Assembly (NCBI GenBank): GCA_963847445.1
Contig: CAWJZV010000015.1
Span: forward strand, 1 to 64,000
Length of the DNA: 64,000 nucleotides
Reading direction: 5' to 3'
Source of the DNA: an uncultured delta proteobacterium
GTDB lineage: Bacteria; Desulfobacterota; Binatia; UBA9968
Part shown: one piece after another, positions 53,578 to 64,000 of the stretch
Layout of the letters: each line of letters starts with the position of its first letter
Position numbering within the stretch: the stretch's first letter is position 1
Made by a program: the position numbers and the translations under genes
Notes under the pieces: model-generated
The model's database searches: none
What the model saw: the letters and a program-made list of their open reading frames with translations, nothing else
What the model was told of the DNA's origin: nothing

Positions 53578-54582
53578 ATGAAATCGAGTGGGTTGCTGCT
53601 ATTTTGTTTAATGCTCGCCGGCTGCGGCGCGACTACTTCAACCCCTACATCGGTCCAAGCCGACCGGCCGGCGGGGGAGTTTTTCGAATCCGCGGATTAT
53701 TTTGTCGTCGTCGCCGGAAGCGGCGCTACGGCGCAGAATCTCGCCGCCAAATACCTCGGCGATGCCGATAAAGACTGGATGATCGAAGATTTTAACGGCT
53801 CGGCGACTTTCGCGGCGGGACAGCAGGTGGCGATTCCCAAGCGCCCGTGGAATCTTTCCGGTGTGACGCTCGACCGGCTACCAGTTGGTGCCGATCCTGG
53901 TCTACCACGATCTCGCGCCTCAGGCGCAAGGGACGCATGGTGATGGGCGCCAAAGGTTTCGAAGAGCAGATGCGCTATCTCAAGGCCAACGGCTATCGCG
54001 TCATTACGCTGAAAGAGTATGTCGAGTTTGTTTCGTTACAGCGCCAGTTGCCCAAGAAAAGCGTGTTGATCACCTTCGACGACGGCTACCGGTCGTTTCT
54101 TGCGCCACGCCTATCCGGTGCTCAAAGAGTTGGGTTTCTCGGCGACGCTGTTTATTTATACGGATTATGTCGCCGCCGGCGGCAACGCTTTTACCTGGGC
54201 CGAATTGAAAAAATTATCTGACGAGGGCTTTGCCATCCAGGCGCATTCAAAGAGCCATGGCGACATGGTGCGCGCCAATGCCGAAGGTGCCGCGGAATAT
54301 GACAGGCGTTTGGAAGCAGAACTGGTCCAGCCCAAGGCGCTGTTCCAAAAAAATCTCGGTTACGCTCCCGACATCATCGCCTATCCCTACGGCCGGCAGG
54401 ACGACGCGGTGGTGCGGCGCGCCAAGGAACGCGGTTACGTCGCGGCATTCACGGTGCGGCGCCAGGGCAGCCAGTCGTTTGTCGATCCCCATCGCATCCA
54501 CCGGATTCAAATCTATCCGGAAATGCGCATGGACGATTTCGTTAAAAGTCTCAGCGTCTTTAGCCAGGAAAGCATTAAGTGA
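53578..54582 (+). CDS. Polysaccharide deacetylase lipoprotein with a LysM-like N-terminus (frameshifted)
   Basis: Lipobox LAGC; LAAKYLGD...IEDFN...GQQVAIP; VPILVYH, TFDDGY, HSKSH, AYPYG. Confidence 0.82.
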
Positions 54583-55708
54583 TCAATTCCCGACGAACAC
54601 GGACGATTGGACTGATTGCCGGCGTGTGGTTGCTCGCCGGATGTGCCGCCGGGCCGGGTGGCAGCGGGCCAGCGACCTATGAAGCTTTGGTCGCGCCGCA
54701 ACGAGAGCGAGCCGCGGCATTGGCGGCGCAGGGAAATCTGCGTGGCGCGAGCGACGCCTGGAAAGTCGCGCTGACCATCGATCCGCAGGATGCCGTTGCT
54801 TTGGCGGAAAGCCGAAAGCTCGACGAGCAAATCAAGCAATCTGTCGGCGATCGTTTGAGCCGCGGCCGCGACGCACTCAAGCGCAATGTGCATCTCGAAG
54901 CGCGCAGCCATTTTCTCGCCGTGCTCGCCTTGGAGCCGGGCAATCGCGAAGCCTTCGAAGCCTTGCAGACTCAGGTGCGCGAGGTGCGCCAAGTCAATCA
55001 CACGGTGCGCGCCGGCGACTCGTTGACGTCGATCGCGCAGCTGTACTACGGCGACCGCACCCGTTCCGAAGTGATCTGGGAAACCAACCAGCTGCCGCCC
55101 AATCCGAAACTGGCGCCCGGTATGGTTTTAAGAATCCCCGAGATTCCCGGGCTTGCCGTTCGGAAGACCGGAGCCAGCGCCGACAGCGAAAACTCCGCCG
55201 AGTGGCGGCGCTCCGGCGACTCCCGCCAAGACGGAACCGTCGGAAGAGGGGCTATACGCCAACCCGGCGCTGGGGGCGGCGCGCGAAGCGCTCGAGCGCG
55301 GGGAATTGGTTTTGGCGCTAACGACCGTCGACCGCTTCCTCGGGCAGAACCCGCGCAACAGCGAAGCCACCGATTTGCGCCGCACGGTTTTGCTGCAACA
55401 GGGCCGCACGCTGATGGAGCAGAACAAATTGCTGGACGCTTACAGCGGCGGTCAACCAACTGGTTAAAGCCAATCCGAAAGATTCGGCAGCGACATCGTT
55501 ATTAAGCCAGGTGCGCGGTCGCTTGGTGCAGCAGCACTACAACCAAGGCATGCAACTATTCCGCGACGAAAAACTCCCCGCCGCAGTCGCCGAATGGCGC
55601 ACGGTTTTGCAATACGATCCGGCCCACGACGGTGCCAAAAGAAACATCGATCAAGCCCAAAGGCTGCTCAAAGGCTTACAGGAGCGGCAGCAGAAGCAGG
55701 GGAAGTAG
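54579..55708 (+). CDS. LysM plus TPR lipoprotein (frameshifted)
   Basis: Lipobox LAGC; HTVRAGDSLTSIAQLYYGD...LAPG.VL.IP; TPR-like helices. Confidence 0.82.
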
Positions 55709-55932
55709 CAATTTAAGCAAGTTGTGCCTGCCACACTTCGAACCTTACTTTGCATTTGAACGCTTTTCTTGAGTTGGGACAATTTCTGACACGCGGGAGG
55801 TAAAGTTTCACGTCATAGTCGAGCGGGAACTTACCGGCTCGGACGTTTCCAGTGAACGAATTAAAACGCCCTCGGCGTGGCACCGAAGGCGTTCGCTTTA
55901 GGTGGGATTGGCGGCAACGTTGATCGCTTTCT

Positions 55933-56499
55933 TTATCCCAGCTTGGACTGCTTGAAATCTCCAGGCGCACCCAAAGTCAGCTGGCTGTTGACCAAGTCGA
56001 TCGCGCCTTCGGCGTCGGCTCGATGCTCGCCGGCGCGGGCACCGCCGCTCGGATGATGCGGGACTTCTACTAGCGGCAGTTTACCTAAGCCGAAGAACTT
56101 CGATTCGGTGCGCGCCAGTGCCATGAATATCGACTGGCATAGGGTCACCGTCGGCTTGCCTTTCTCTTGCAGTTCGATGGCGTCGTGGACACTCCACGAC
56201 GTGCACGACCCTCAAGCGCCGAGACCGGTAATGACCGCGTCGCAGCGGTTGACGATCTCCTCCATGATCGGTTTGGGCGCGCCCTGCATATGGGTCGGCT
56301 TGGTCTTGAACAACACTTCTTTGACGTGAAGCCGTTCTTGAAGCAGCTCGGCGAGTTCCTTGAACATATCCGTCGAATTGGATTGGCCGTTGTCGATGAT
56401 GCCGATAACTTTATTTTCGAGCGAGTCCAAGCCCGGCACCAAAGCCCGTTCTTTGGGATTCACCACCGCTCGTGGATCGAGAAACTTCAAAGTCGCCAT
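55933..56499 (-). CDS. UGSC-family selenoprotein
   Basis: DAVITGLGA-TGA-GSCTSWSVHD in frame, joining ORFs 56212..56499 and 55933..56148. Confidence 0.9.
56181..56201 (-). promoter_or_regulatory. Putative SECIS hairpin
   Basis: CGTCGTGGA-GTG-TCCACGACG perfect 9-bp stem, 10 nt downstream of the UGA. Confidence 0.65.
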
Positions 56500-56643
56500 C
56501 TAGTGCTAGCCTCCTGAATAAATTCCCGCGAGCTATTCTTGCGGTTCCAGCCTATATACGCAAACTGGCGCCGGGCCTGCAACCACCGGCGGCAAAGATT
56601 CACATTGACAGGCGCATGGGTTTGCTTTAGCTCTAATCACGTT

Positions 56644-57630
56644 ATGACCGTTCCTAGAAACCGCCGCGTTGCGGCGACGCTGAAGGGGCCGCTCGGCCTG
56701 CTGGCGCTGGCGATCGCCAGCGGCGTATTGCCGTCGGCGCTAGGGGCGCAGCCGACCACGCTTCGGGTCGGCACTAATTCGCCGGCGAGCGCTGAGTCGG
56801 TGCTGTTCAGCATCGCCAGGGAGGCTGGCGTGCTCAAGCAAAATCAGCTCGATGTGGAAGTGATCTTTATCGCCGGCGGCACGTTGTCGATGCAGGCGCT
56901 GATCGGCAGGAGCTTGGATTTTCTCTGCACCGGCGGCACGCCGTATATTGTCGCCCATCTCGAAGGCGCGCAAACGAAAATGATCGCCGGCGTGAACAAC
57001 AAACTGCCCTACGGCTTCGTCTCGCTGGCCAACATCAAGAGTCCGGCCCAGCTCAAAGGCAAACGAATCGGCATCAGCCGTTTCGGCAGCACCGACGATT
57101 TCGCGGTCAAACTTGCCTTGTCACAATTCGGTTTGAATCCGAAAAGCGATGTCAGCATCACCCAAGTGGGCAGCGCCGCCACTCGTTTAACCGCGCTCCA
57201 AGCGGGCAGCATCGATGCCGCGGTGCTCACTCTCGGACTGGTCCAGATCGGTCAGAAGAGCGGCCTCAACTTGCTGCTCGATTTCATTGAAAAAGACATC
57301 GAGTACCAGCAAGTCGCGATCATCGCGCGCGACGATCTGCTCAAAAGCCGCGCCGACCTAGTGCGCCGCTTCATGAAAAGTTACCTCGAAAGCGTGCGTT
57401 TTTATAAGACCCAAAAAGAAATCGCCATCCGCGAGACCATGAAACGACTGCGTACCACCGACCGCGCCATCGGCGAGTTCGACTATCATCAGCGCGCCCG
57501 CTCCCTGCCCGACGACGGCAAGCCGAGCATCAAAGGCATGCAGCTCGCTCTCGACGATATCGCCAAGGATAATCCGAAGGCGAAGAACTTGACCGTACAA
57601 CAGTTAATTGACTTGAGTTTTTTGCCGTAG
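56644..57630 (+). CDS. NMT1/SsuA-type ABC substrate-binding protein
   Basis: QLKGKRIGISRFGS, LTALQAGSIDA. Confidence 0.88.
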   Translation: MTVPRNRRVAATLKGPLGLLALAIASGVLPSALGAQPTTLRVGTNSPASAESVLFSIAREAGVLKQNQLDVEVIFIAGGTLSMQALIGRSLDFLCTGGTPYIVAHLEGAQTKMIAGVNNKLPYGFVSLANIKSPAQLKGKRIGISRFGSTDDFAVKLALSQFGLNPKSDVSITQVGSAATRLTALQAGSIDAAVLTLGLVQIGQKSGLNLLLDFIEKDIEYQQVAIIARDDLLKSRADLVRRFMKSYLESVRFYKTQKEIAIRETMKRLRTTDRAIGEFDYHQRARSLPDDGKPSIKGMQLALDDIAKDNPKAKNLTVQQLIDLSFLP

Positions 57631-57701
57631 GGAAATCGTCTGGCGTCTGGCGTTTTGGCTTGCAACCCCAGACGCCGAAGCCAAATTCACCGGAGGTTTT
57701 C

Positions 57702-58799
57702 ATGCAACCGATCATCGACGCCGACACCCATATTTCCGAATCCGCAGAGATGTGGGCCATGTTCGACAAAGAAATGTATGGCCGCCGCCCGGTGTTGCTA
57801 TCGCTGCCGGACGACACTCTGTACGGCAATTGGAACAAGACCTGGCTCATCGACGGCAATATTTTCCCCAAGCCGGCCGGCAAGGGCGGCTTCCGCTTGA
57901 TCACACCGTCGGCGTCGACGGTTCAGTTTAACCGCAAAGACCTCAGCGTCGCCTGCCGCGACATGACCGATATCCCCAGTCGCTTGGCCGACATGGACCG
58001 TCTCGGCATCGCTAGTCAGGTCGTCTATCCGACTTTGTTTCTGGTCTACCTCACCGATGACCCCGCGCTCGATGTCGCGTTGAGCCGTGCCTACAACCGA
58101 TTTATCGCCCAGGCCTGTGCCCAAAGTAACGGCCGCATTCATTGGGTGGCGATCCCGCCGTTGCGCGATATCGCCGAGTCGGTGAAGGAATTGCAATGGG
58201 CCAAGCAAAACGGCGCCGTCGGCGTGTTCTTCCGCGGCATGGAAGGCAATTACACGCTCGACAATCCGCGTTTTCATCCGGTCTACCAAGCCGCCAGCGA
58301 TCTCGACCTGCCGATCTGCGTTCATACCGGGTCGAGCACTCCGGCGATCAGCGAGATGTTCGACCTCGAGCGCAACCGCCAGTGGTCGCACTCGGCATTC
58401 CCGCCGCTGCACGCCTTCCGCGATTTGGTGTTGAACCGGATCCCCGACATGTTTCCCAAGCTGCGCTTCGGTTTTCTCGAAGCCTCGGCGAGCTGGATTC
58501 CATTTCTGATTCACAAACTTAAACGTGACAACACCAAGCGCTGGAAGTCGTCGTGGAAGTCGCCGCGGGATTTGTTCGAAGACTGTCGTTTCTATGTCGC
58601 CTGCGAAGCCGACGAAGATTTGAATTATTTGATCGAATACGCCGGCGCAGATCATCTCATCAGCGGCTCAGACTACGGCCACAACGACCCCGCCGAACAG
58701 GCTCATCTGGTCAAGCAAATGCAGTCGCGCGAAGATGTCGCACCGGCAATGATCGAAAAAATTCTCTGCGACAATCCGAAACAGTTTTATCAGATCTGA
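57702..58799 (+). CDS. Amidohydrolase family protein
   Basis: IDADTH, VHTG, FLEA..SW, GSDYGH. Confidence 0.9.
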   Translation: MQPIIDADTHISESAEMWAMFDKEMYGRRPVLLSLPDDTLYGNWNKTWLIDGNIFPKPAGKGGFRLITPSASTVQFNRKDLSVACRDMTDIPSRLADMDRLGIASQVVYPTLFLVYLTDDPALDVALSRAYNRFIAQACAQSNGRIHWVAIPPLRDIAESVKELQWAKQNGAVGVFFRGMEGNYTLDNPRFHPVYQAASDLDLPICVHTGSSTPAISEMFDLERNRQWSHSAFPPLHAFRDLVLNRIPDMFPKLRFGFLEASASWIPFLIHKLKRDNTKRWKSSWKSPRDLFEDCRFYVACEADEDLNYLIEYAGADHLISGSDYGHNDPAEQAHLVKQMQSREDVAPAMIEKILCDNPKQFYQI

Positions 58800-58918
58800 A
58801 GCTACGCATCGGAGATTGCCCCGCACAGGACTCGGAGGTTTTGCTGCTAATTTTTCTCTGCGTGGCTCTGCGTCCCTGCGCTGAATAATCCGAACTAACT
58901 ATCTCCTCAGGATGTTTC

Positions 58919-60349
58919 TTGGCAAAAGATAGTCGCTCGCTACTCGGTCAAAGTTCAGTCGCGATCGCATGCCTGAGCGCACTATTGGGTTCCCTCGATA
59001 GCGCCATCAATATCGGCTTTCCAGCGATTACCGCGGCGTTTTCTCTCGAAGTCACGGCGATCCAATGGGTCATCGTCGGCTATGTGTTGACTCACGCGAG
59101 CTTGCTGCCTGGCTGCGGCGGGCTGGCGGATATCTGGGGTCATGGGCGGGTACTTATCTGCGGCTTGCTTGTCAGCGCCCTTGGTTTCACCGCCTGCGGT
59201 TTAGCGACCAACTATGCTTGGCTCGTCGGCGGACGGATAGGACAGGGCATGGGCGCGGCGCTGGTTTTCGCCACCGCTCCCGCGCTTGTGACCTTGGCGG
59301 TCCCCGCTGAAAACCGCGGCCGTGCTCTCGGCATTTACCAGATGAGCAACGCCGTGGGCTATGCCATCGGTCCGTTGATCGGTGGTATCCTCATCGACAA
59401 CTTGGGTTGGCGGGCGACTTTCATGTTCAGGGTCGCACCCGCTCTGGTGCTCGCCGGCTTCGCGGCCGTAAAGCTGCCGGTGCGACGCGAGCGCAGAGCC
59501 GGCCAAGGCTTCAATTTTTTTGGCGTGTTGTCTTTAGCAGCGAGCCTCGCCGGTTGCTTGCTCACTCTAAGCCAGGGCCGCGCCTTGGGCTGGTCATCGC
59601 CTCGAGTCTCCATTCTCGCTGCCGCTTCGATCGCAAGTTTTGCCGGCTTCATCGTCGTCAAAGCTCGTGCGAAATCGCCGATGGTCGATCTGACGGTAAT
59701 TCGGCTGGCACCATTTATTATCGCTAATGTTCTCTCCGTTATGGCCAATTGCGCGCGATTCGCCATTGGCTTGCTCCTGCCGTTCTACGTGATCAATGTG
59801 TTGAAGTATCCGGCCACCACCGGCGGCACACTGATGCTGGCTACTTATTTACCGACGATCGTAGCTGCACCACTGGCGGGGAAATTGTCCGAGCGCATCG
59901 GCACTGCGCGACTAAGTTCGTTGGGGCTGGCTGTGCAAGGGCTCGGTCTCTGCATGCTCAGCCGTTTGAATGGGCAAACCGATTATCTATCCCTAGCCTT
60001 TACCCTTGGCGTCGTCGGCTTGGGCCTGGGCATATTCGAAGCGCCGAACATGAGCTTTATCATGGGCTCGATCCCGCGTACCCAACAAGGCGTCGCCGGC
60101 GGCATCGCCAACATGATGCGGCCCATTGGCATCGTCTTCGGCGCCGCCGGCTGGAGTCTGCTCTTCGACCAACGCCAGCAATCCTATGCGCCAGCATCTG
60201 CCGTCGCATCGTCGGTGGCCGCCAGCGGCATGTTAGCGGCGCTGCAGGATGTTTTCCTCAGTGCCGCCGGACTCTGTTTTGTCGCCTGTGTCTTGTCACT
60301 GTTCCGCAAAGGGGAAGCCAGTGAATCGAATGTCCATGCAGTGAGCTGA
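58919..60349 (+). CDS. MFS transporter (DHA2-like)
   Basis: About 14 TM helices, G.LAD..G, R..QG.G, GPLIGG..I...GWR. Confidence 0.9.
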   Translation: MAKDSRSLLGQSSVAIACLSALLGSLDSAINIGFPAITAAFSLEVTAIQWVIVGYVLTHASLLPGCGGLADIWGHGRVLICGLLVSALGFTACGLATNYAWLVGGRIGQGMGAALVFATAPALVTLAVPAENRGRALGIYQMSNAVGYAIGPLIGGILIDNLGWRATFMFRVAPALVLAGFAAVKLPVRRERRAGQGFNFFGVLSLAASLAGCLLTLSQGRALGWSSPRVSILAAASIASFAGFIVVKARAKSPMVDLTVIRLAPFIIANVLSVMANCARFAIGLLLPFYVINVLKYPATTGGTLMLATYLPTIVAAPLAGKLSERIGTARLSSLGLAVQGLGLCMLSRLNGQTDYLSLAFTLGVVGLGLGIFEAPNMSFIMGSIPRTQQGVAGGIANMMRPIGIVFGAAGWSLLFDQRQQSYAPASAVASSVAASGMLAALQDVFLSAAGLCFVACVLSLFRKGEASESNVHAVS

Positions 60350-60893
60350 AGCGAAGAAAAGCAAAGCGCCGTCGAACCCGATCAGGGCTTCAGTCATGTG
60401 AAACATTTCTGAGAGATTCAAGTTAAAGCGCAGGCTACCGATTTATTCATCACGAAAGCCGATATAGCCTAAATTTAGGAACCGACGATGAATTCAGCTT
60501 GCTGCTCAAACGCCACCAGGGCAGAGCCACGGCACGGACGCCACAGCGACGGACAAACACGACAACTTAGTTGAGCCACTCCAAACAGACTTTTCGCAGG
60601 GTCAAATGGGGGAGCCGTTGTCTGAGGTGCCGAGCAGTTCGGGTTGTAAGGGTTTCTGACAAAACGTCACGTCCGATTTGCCCATTGCCGTGATCCGATG
60701 GCCGAGCGGTTGTTTAAAACCGCTAAGATTGCGCGATTCATTACCGGGTCTCAGCGCCTTATTCCCCGTTAGGTAAATTCAATTCTCTCATTCGTTCCAG
60801 GCGTTATCTCACTTTTTTAGGACTCCACCGTAGGACTTGGCAGTTTTTAGACCAACAGTGACGTGGTCTTGGGCTTGCTCTATCAGGGTTCCC

Positions 60894-61559
60894 ATGAGCA
60901 CTCACGAAAAGAAAACTGAAGCCGCAGTTGCCCCAGAAAGCAGTCTCGATACCGAAGGCCTGTTGCTGCAACGGCTAAACAACACGACCACTGAAGCAGA
61001 ATACTTTCGTTGGATGCTTTTCGTCGTGGGTTTTTACCGCGGTATCGATAAGATCAGCGAGGCGATCAAACTGCTCGAAGCTTATATCAACTCCAATCGC
61101 AACGCCGAAAATAAGGCGCATTGCCATTTGGCCTTGGGACAAATCGCGACGGATGAAAAACGCTTTGCCGCCGCGCTCGAGCATTTCGATGCGGCGCTGG
61201 CGCTGCGGCCGGAGAAGTCTAAGGTCAAATATGTGTTGCACAACAACATCGCTTTTTGTCTCAACCAACTGAACCGCCATGTCGAGGCGGAAAAATATTG
61301 CCGCGCAGCCATCGACCTCGACTGGACGCGGGCCAGCGCGTTTCGCAATCTCGGCATCAGTCTTAAGGGCCAAGGCAACTTGATCGGTGCGGCGTGGGTG
61401 CTGGTAGAGGCGATCAATGCCGACCCCGGCGATACCCGGGCGCGCCAGATCGTCGAGCAAGTGGTTAAGGCCGATCCTAGTCTGAGCGTGCAATGTCCGT
61501 GGCTCAACGGGGCGCTCGACGGCGACAACAAGTCAGTGGTGGACTCGCCGTTGATGTAG
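60894..61559 (+). CDS. TPR-repeat protein
   Basis: HLALGQ, HNNIAFCL, FRNLGISL repeats. Confidence 0.85.
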   Translation: MSTHEKKTEAAVAPESSLDTEGLLLQRLNNTTTEAEYFRWMLFVVGFYRGIDKISEAIKLLEAYINSNRNAENKAHCHLALGQIATDEKRFAAALEHFDAALALRPEKSKVKYVLHNNIAFCLNQLNRHVEAEKYCRAAIDLDWTRASAFRNLGISLKGQGNLIGAAWVLVEAINADPGDTRARQIVEQVVKADPSLSVQCPWLNGALDGDNKSVVDSPLM

Positions 61560-61742
61560 CGTGACCTCATGAGTGCGATAGTGGCGGCAGTTTGCGGACA
61601 ATTACTCACCGCGAAACTGTCCGGCGGCCGTACCAGAGTTTATCGAAGAGCGGATGCGTCGAGGATCAGCCGGTTCTTGGGCTGGTATCAGAGCATCGAG
61701 ATAAGCTAACGGAGGAAAAGCTGGCCCGCGTACTGGCTAAAT

Positions 61743-61765
61743 AATCAACACTCATGCCTGACCCG
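61743..61765 (-). repeat. REP-like motif copy CGGGTCAGGCATGAGTGTTGATT
   Basis: Matches the GGGGTCAGGCTTG core. Confidence 0.5.
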
Positions 61766-61802
61766 ATTCATCTTCCTGTTCATCCATTTCATCTGTTCAT
61801 TA

Positions 61803-62036
61803 CTCGAAGCGGCGCTCATCGGCGTGCTCGATCCGCAGTGGGGCGAGGCATTGAAAGCGGTGATCGTGCTCGGGCCCGGCGCAAAGCAAGACAGTGTCGA
61901 GTTGCTGAGATTTTGCCAGGAACCGCTGCCGGCTTACAGAGTGCCGAAGTCGGTGGATTTCGTCGAGTCGCTGCCACACACGGAAGTGGGCAAGGTGAAC
62001 AAGGTCCAGGTACGCGAGATGTTCTTGCGGCTGTAA
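61803..62036 (+). pseudogene. C-terminal scrap of an AMP-binding (acyl-CoA ligase) enzyme
   Basis: EAALIGV.D..WGE..KA.IV...YRVPK.V.F...LP.T..GKV.K. Confidence 0.8.
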
Positions 62037-62056
62037 TCTAAACTCATGGAGTTTGC

Positions 62057-63949
62057 TTGAATCCGAAACTTTGGTCACGCGTTTTCGGCACAAGGCGGCT
62101 GCTCTGGCTCGGCTTTGGCGTGCTGACATTGGTAATGGTGTCGATCGGCATCATCGCTATCGTTCGAGTTCAATCGATCACGACGAGTTTCGAGAACGAT
62201 AATAACGTCGCGAAACCTCGCGCCTCGGCTGGGCATGAATTGGAAATCAACATCATCGGCTATTCGTTGAACGTATGGCGATACCTGAGCGGCATCGATG
62301 CGGCGCGCCAAGGAGCGGCCAAGTACGCAGCGGACGTGGCGCTGCAGCTCGATGGGTATACGGCGCTGGCCGAAACCGCGCGGCAACGGGAACTGGCGGG
62401 GCGGCTGCGCACCGGCTGGCAGGAGGTTTACGCGTTGGGCGAGGCGCTGATGGCGGCGCGCACGGCGAATCGCGCGGAGGTGGCACGGTTCACGGAAACA
62501 GCTGTACGGCTGGAGCGGTTTTTGGACACCGAGTTGCAGCCGGACGCGGAAATCATCTTTAACGCACTCAGCGCCGAAACTCATGGCAGCCTTCAGAAAT
62601 CGGAGATCGTTACGTTGTCTCTGCTGTTTCTTGGACTGACGATCGCGCTGTTAACGGGCTGGGCGGTGGTGCGCGCGGTGCTCGCGGGCGAGGCTCAACT
62701 GCGCGACAGCGAGGAGCGGCTGACCCGGCTCAATACGACGTTGGAGCAGAAGGTGGAGGAGCACACGCGCGAGTTGCGCGAGCTCAACGCCGATCTCGAT
62801 CAACGGGTCGTCCAACGGACCCGAGCGCTGGGCGATTCGCAAAAGAAGCTCCGTGCTTTCGTCGAGCAATTGACCCACGCCGAAGAGCAGGAGCGGCATC
62901 GGTTGGCGACCGAGTTGCACGACTACCTGGGGCAATTGCTGGCTCTCAGTCAAATCAATCTCGGCCGCGCCGAAAAATTCGCCGTGTCGGAGGATGCCAA
63001 GAATGCCTTCACCGACGCCCGGCAATCGCTGGACGATTCGATCGCCTACACGCGCACGCTCATAGCGCAGTTGAGCCCGCAGGTGCTCTACGATCTCGGC
63101 CTGCCGGCGGCGCTCGTTTGGCTCGGCGAACAGATGGAGCAGCAGCATGAGTTGCGGGTCGAGGTCGTCGGCGATCCCGCCGGCTTTGTGCTGGACGAGG
63201 CGCGGGCGATTTTGGCCTTTCAGTGCGCCCGTGAACTCTTATGGAACGTGGTCAAGCATGGCGCGACCAAAGAAGCGAAGGTTTCCTATGAGTTGAAAAA
63301 TGGCGAGCTGACGCTTGAGGTCGCGGACCGAGGCCGGGGCTTCGATCTAGCGAACGTCGAAAGTCGGGCCGCCGGAAGCGAGAAGTTCGGACTGTTCGGC
63401 ATGCGCCAACGTGTGGAACTTCATCAAGGTCGGCTGGTCGTCGAATCGGCGCCGGGGCAAGGAACTTCAGTGAAAGTGATCTTGCCGGCGGCCGTTGTGC
63501 CGGTGTCGCCGGCAGCTTCGTTTGAGCCCGCGTTCGAAGAGTTTAGGGTCACGGCGAAGAAGCCTCTGCGCATCGCCTTGGTGGACGATCACGAGATGGT
63601 GCGCCAGGGACTGCGCTGGCTCCTCGAAGACCACCAAGACATCCGGGTCGTCGGCGAAGCCAAAGATGGCCGGGAGGCGATCGCCATGGCCCATGAGCTT
63701 AAGCCCGACGTCATCGTCATGGACGTTAACATGCCGGGGATGAATGGCATCGAGGCGACCCGGCGCATCGTTCAGGACCAGCCCGGCGTGATCGTCATCG
63801 GGCTATCGTTTGCCGCCAGCGATCGGTCCGTCCAAGCGGCGATGAAAAATGCCGGCGCCTATGCTTGCTTGACCAAGGAGCGGGCGGCGGAGGATATCTA
63901 TCGAGCGATCGTCGATGCCGTGAATCAACGGCCGCCAGGTAAGACATGA
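62057..63949 (+). CDS. Hybrid sensor histidine kinase (HisKA_3, HATPase, receiver)
   Basis: [22 protein letters not shown]...MDVNMPG. Confidence 0.92.
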   Translation: MNPKLWSRVFGTRRLLWLGFGVLTLVMVSIGIIAIVRVQSITTSFENDNNVAKPRASAGHELEINIIGYSLNVWRYLSGIDAARQGAAKYAADVALQLDGYTALAETARQRELAGRLRTGWQEVYALGEALMAARTANRAEVARFTETAVRLERFLDTELQPDAEIIFNALSAETHGSLQKSEIVTLSLLFLGLTIALLTGWAVVRAVLAGEAQLRDSEERLTRLNTTLEQKVEEHTRELRELNADLDQRVVQRTRALGDSQKKLRAFVEQLTHAEEQERHRLATELHDYLGQLLALSQINLGRAEKFAVSEDAKNAFTDARQSLDDSIAYTRTLIAQLSPQVLYDLGLPAALVWLGEQMEQQHELRVEVVGDPAGFVLDEARAILAFQCARELLWNVVKHGATKEAKVSYELKNGELTLEVADRGRGFDLANVESRAAGSEKFGLFGMRQRVELHQGRLVVESAPGQGTSVKVILPAAVVPVSPAASFEPAFEEFRVTAKKPLRIALVDDHEMVRQGLRWLLEDHQDIRVVGEAKDGREAIAMAHELKPDVIVMDVNMPGMNGIEATRRIVQDQPGVIVIGLSFAASDRSVQAAMKNAGAYACLTKERAAEDIYRAIVDAVNQRPPGKT

Positions 63950-64000
63950 TCGGCACCACGACATAAAAAGTTTTCACGACGAAGGTGCTAGCGCGGCGTG

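Noticed and set aside
860-55500. Many frameshifted genes as pseudogenes or programmed frameshifts
   Set aside because: Single-base shifts are scattered across unrelated genes with intact motifs. Sequencing or assembly error is the simplest explanation; read-level checks are needed.
60515-60565. c-di-GMP-I riboswitch
   Set aside because: Only a vague resemblance; the GAAA tetraloop and second stem are missing.

Overview
A GC-rich bacterial window. The many solo ABC/TTT substrate-binding proteins, amidohydrolases and a UGSC selenoprotein resemble Candidatus Binatia/Deltaproteobacteria (inference). About a dozen otherwise intact genes carry single-base frameshifts, most likely read or assembly errors. 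Metabolic and transport genes alternate with mosaic accessory tracts full of gene scraps. Main points: (1) An IS110 element, interrupted by an IS3 element, has a left non-coding end that folds like a bridge RNA. Its target loop spells TTGGGGTCA/GGCT, the core of a REP-like motif dispersed about 10 times in the window, and the element sits in one degenerate copy. (2) Those motif copies sit at junctions with truncated gene fragments and RAYT (Y1) transposase remnants, and in two cases a gene's 3' end is duplicated 2.6-3.9 kb downstream, bracketing cargo genes. (3) Two in-frame UGA selenoprotein genes (a peroxiredoxin and a UGSC-family protein) are split in the ORF track. (4) A candidate sRNA has two CCUCC loops. 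(5) A GNAT-adenylate cyclase-deacetylase-LysM/TPR operon. (6) An HDO-SDR-M29/NicX-like cluster. No rRNA, tRNA or CRISPR array was seen.
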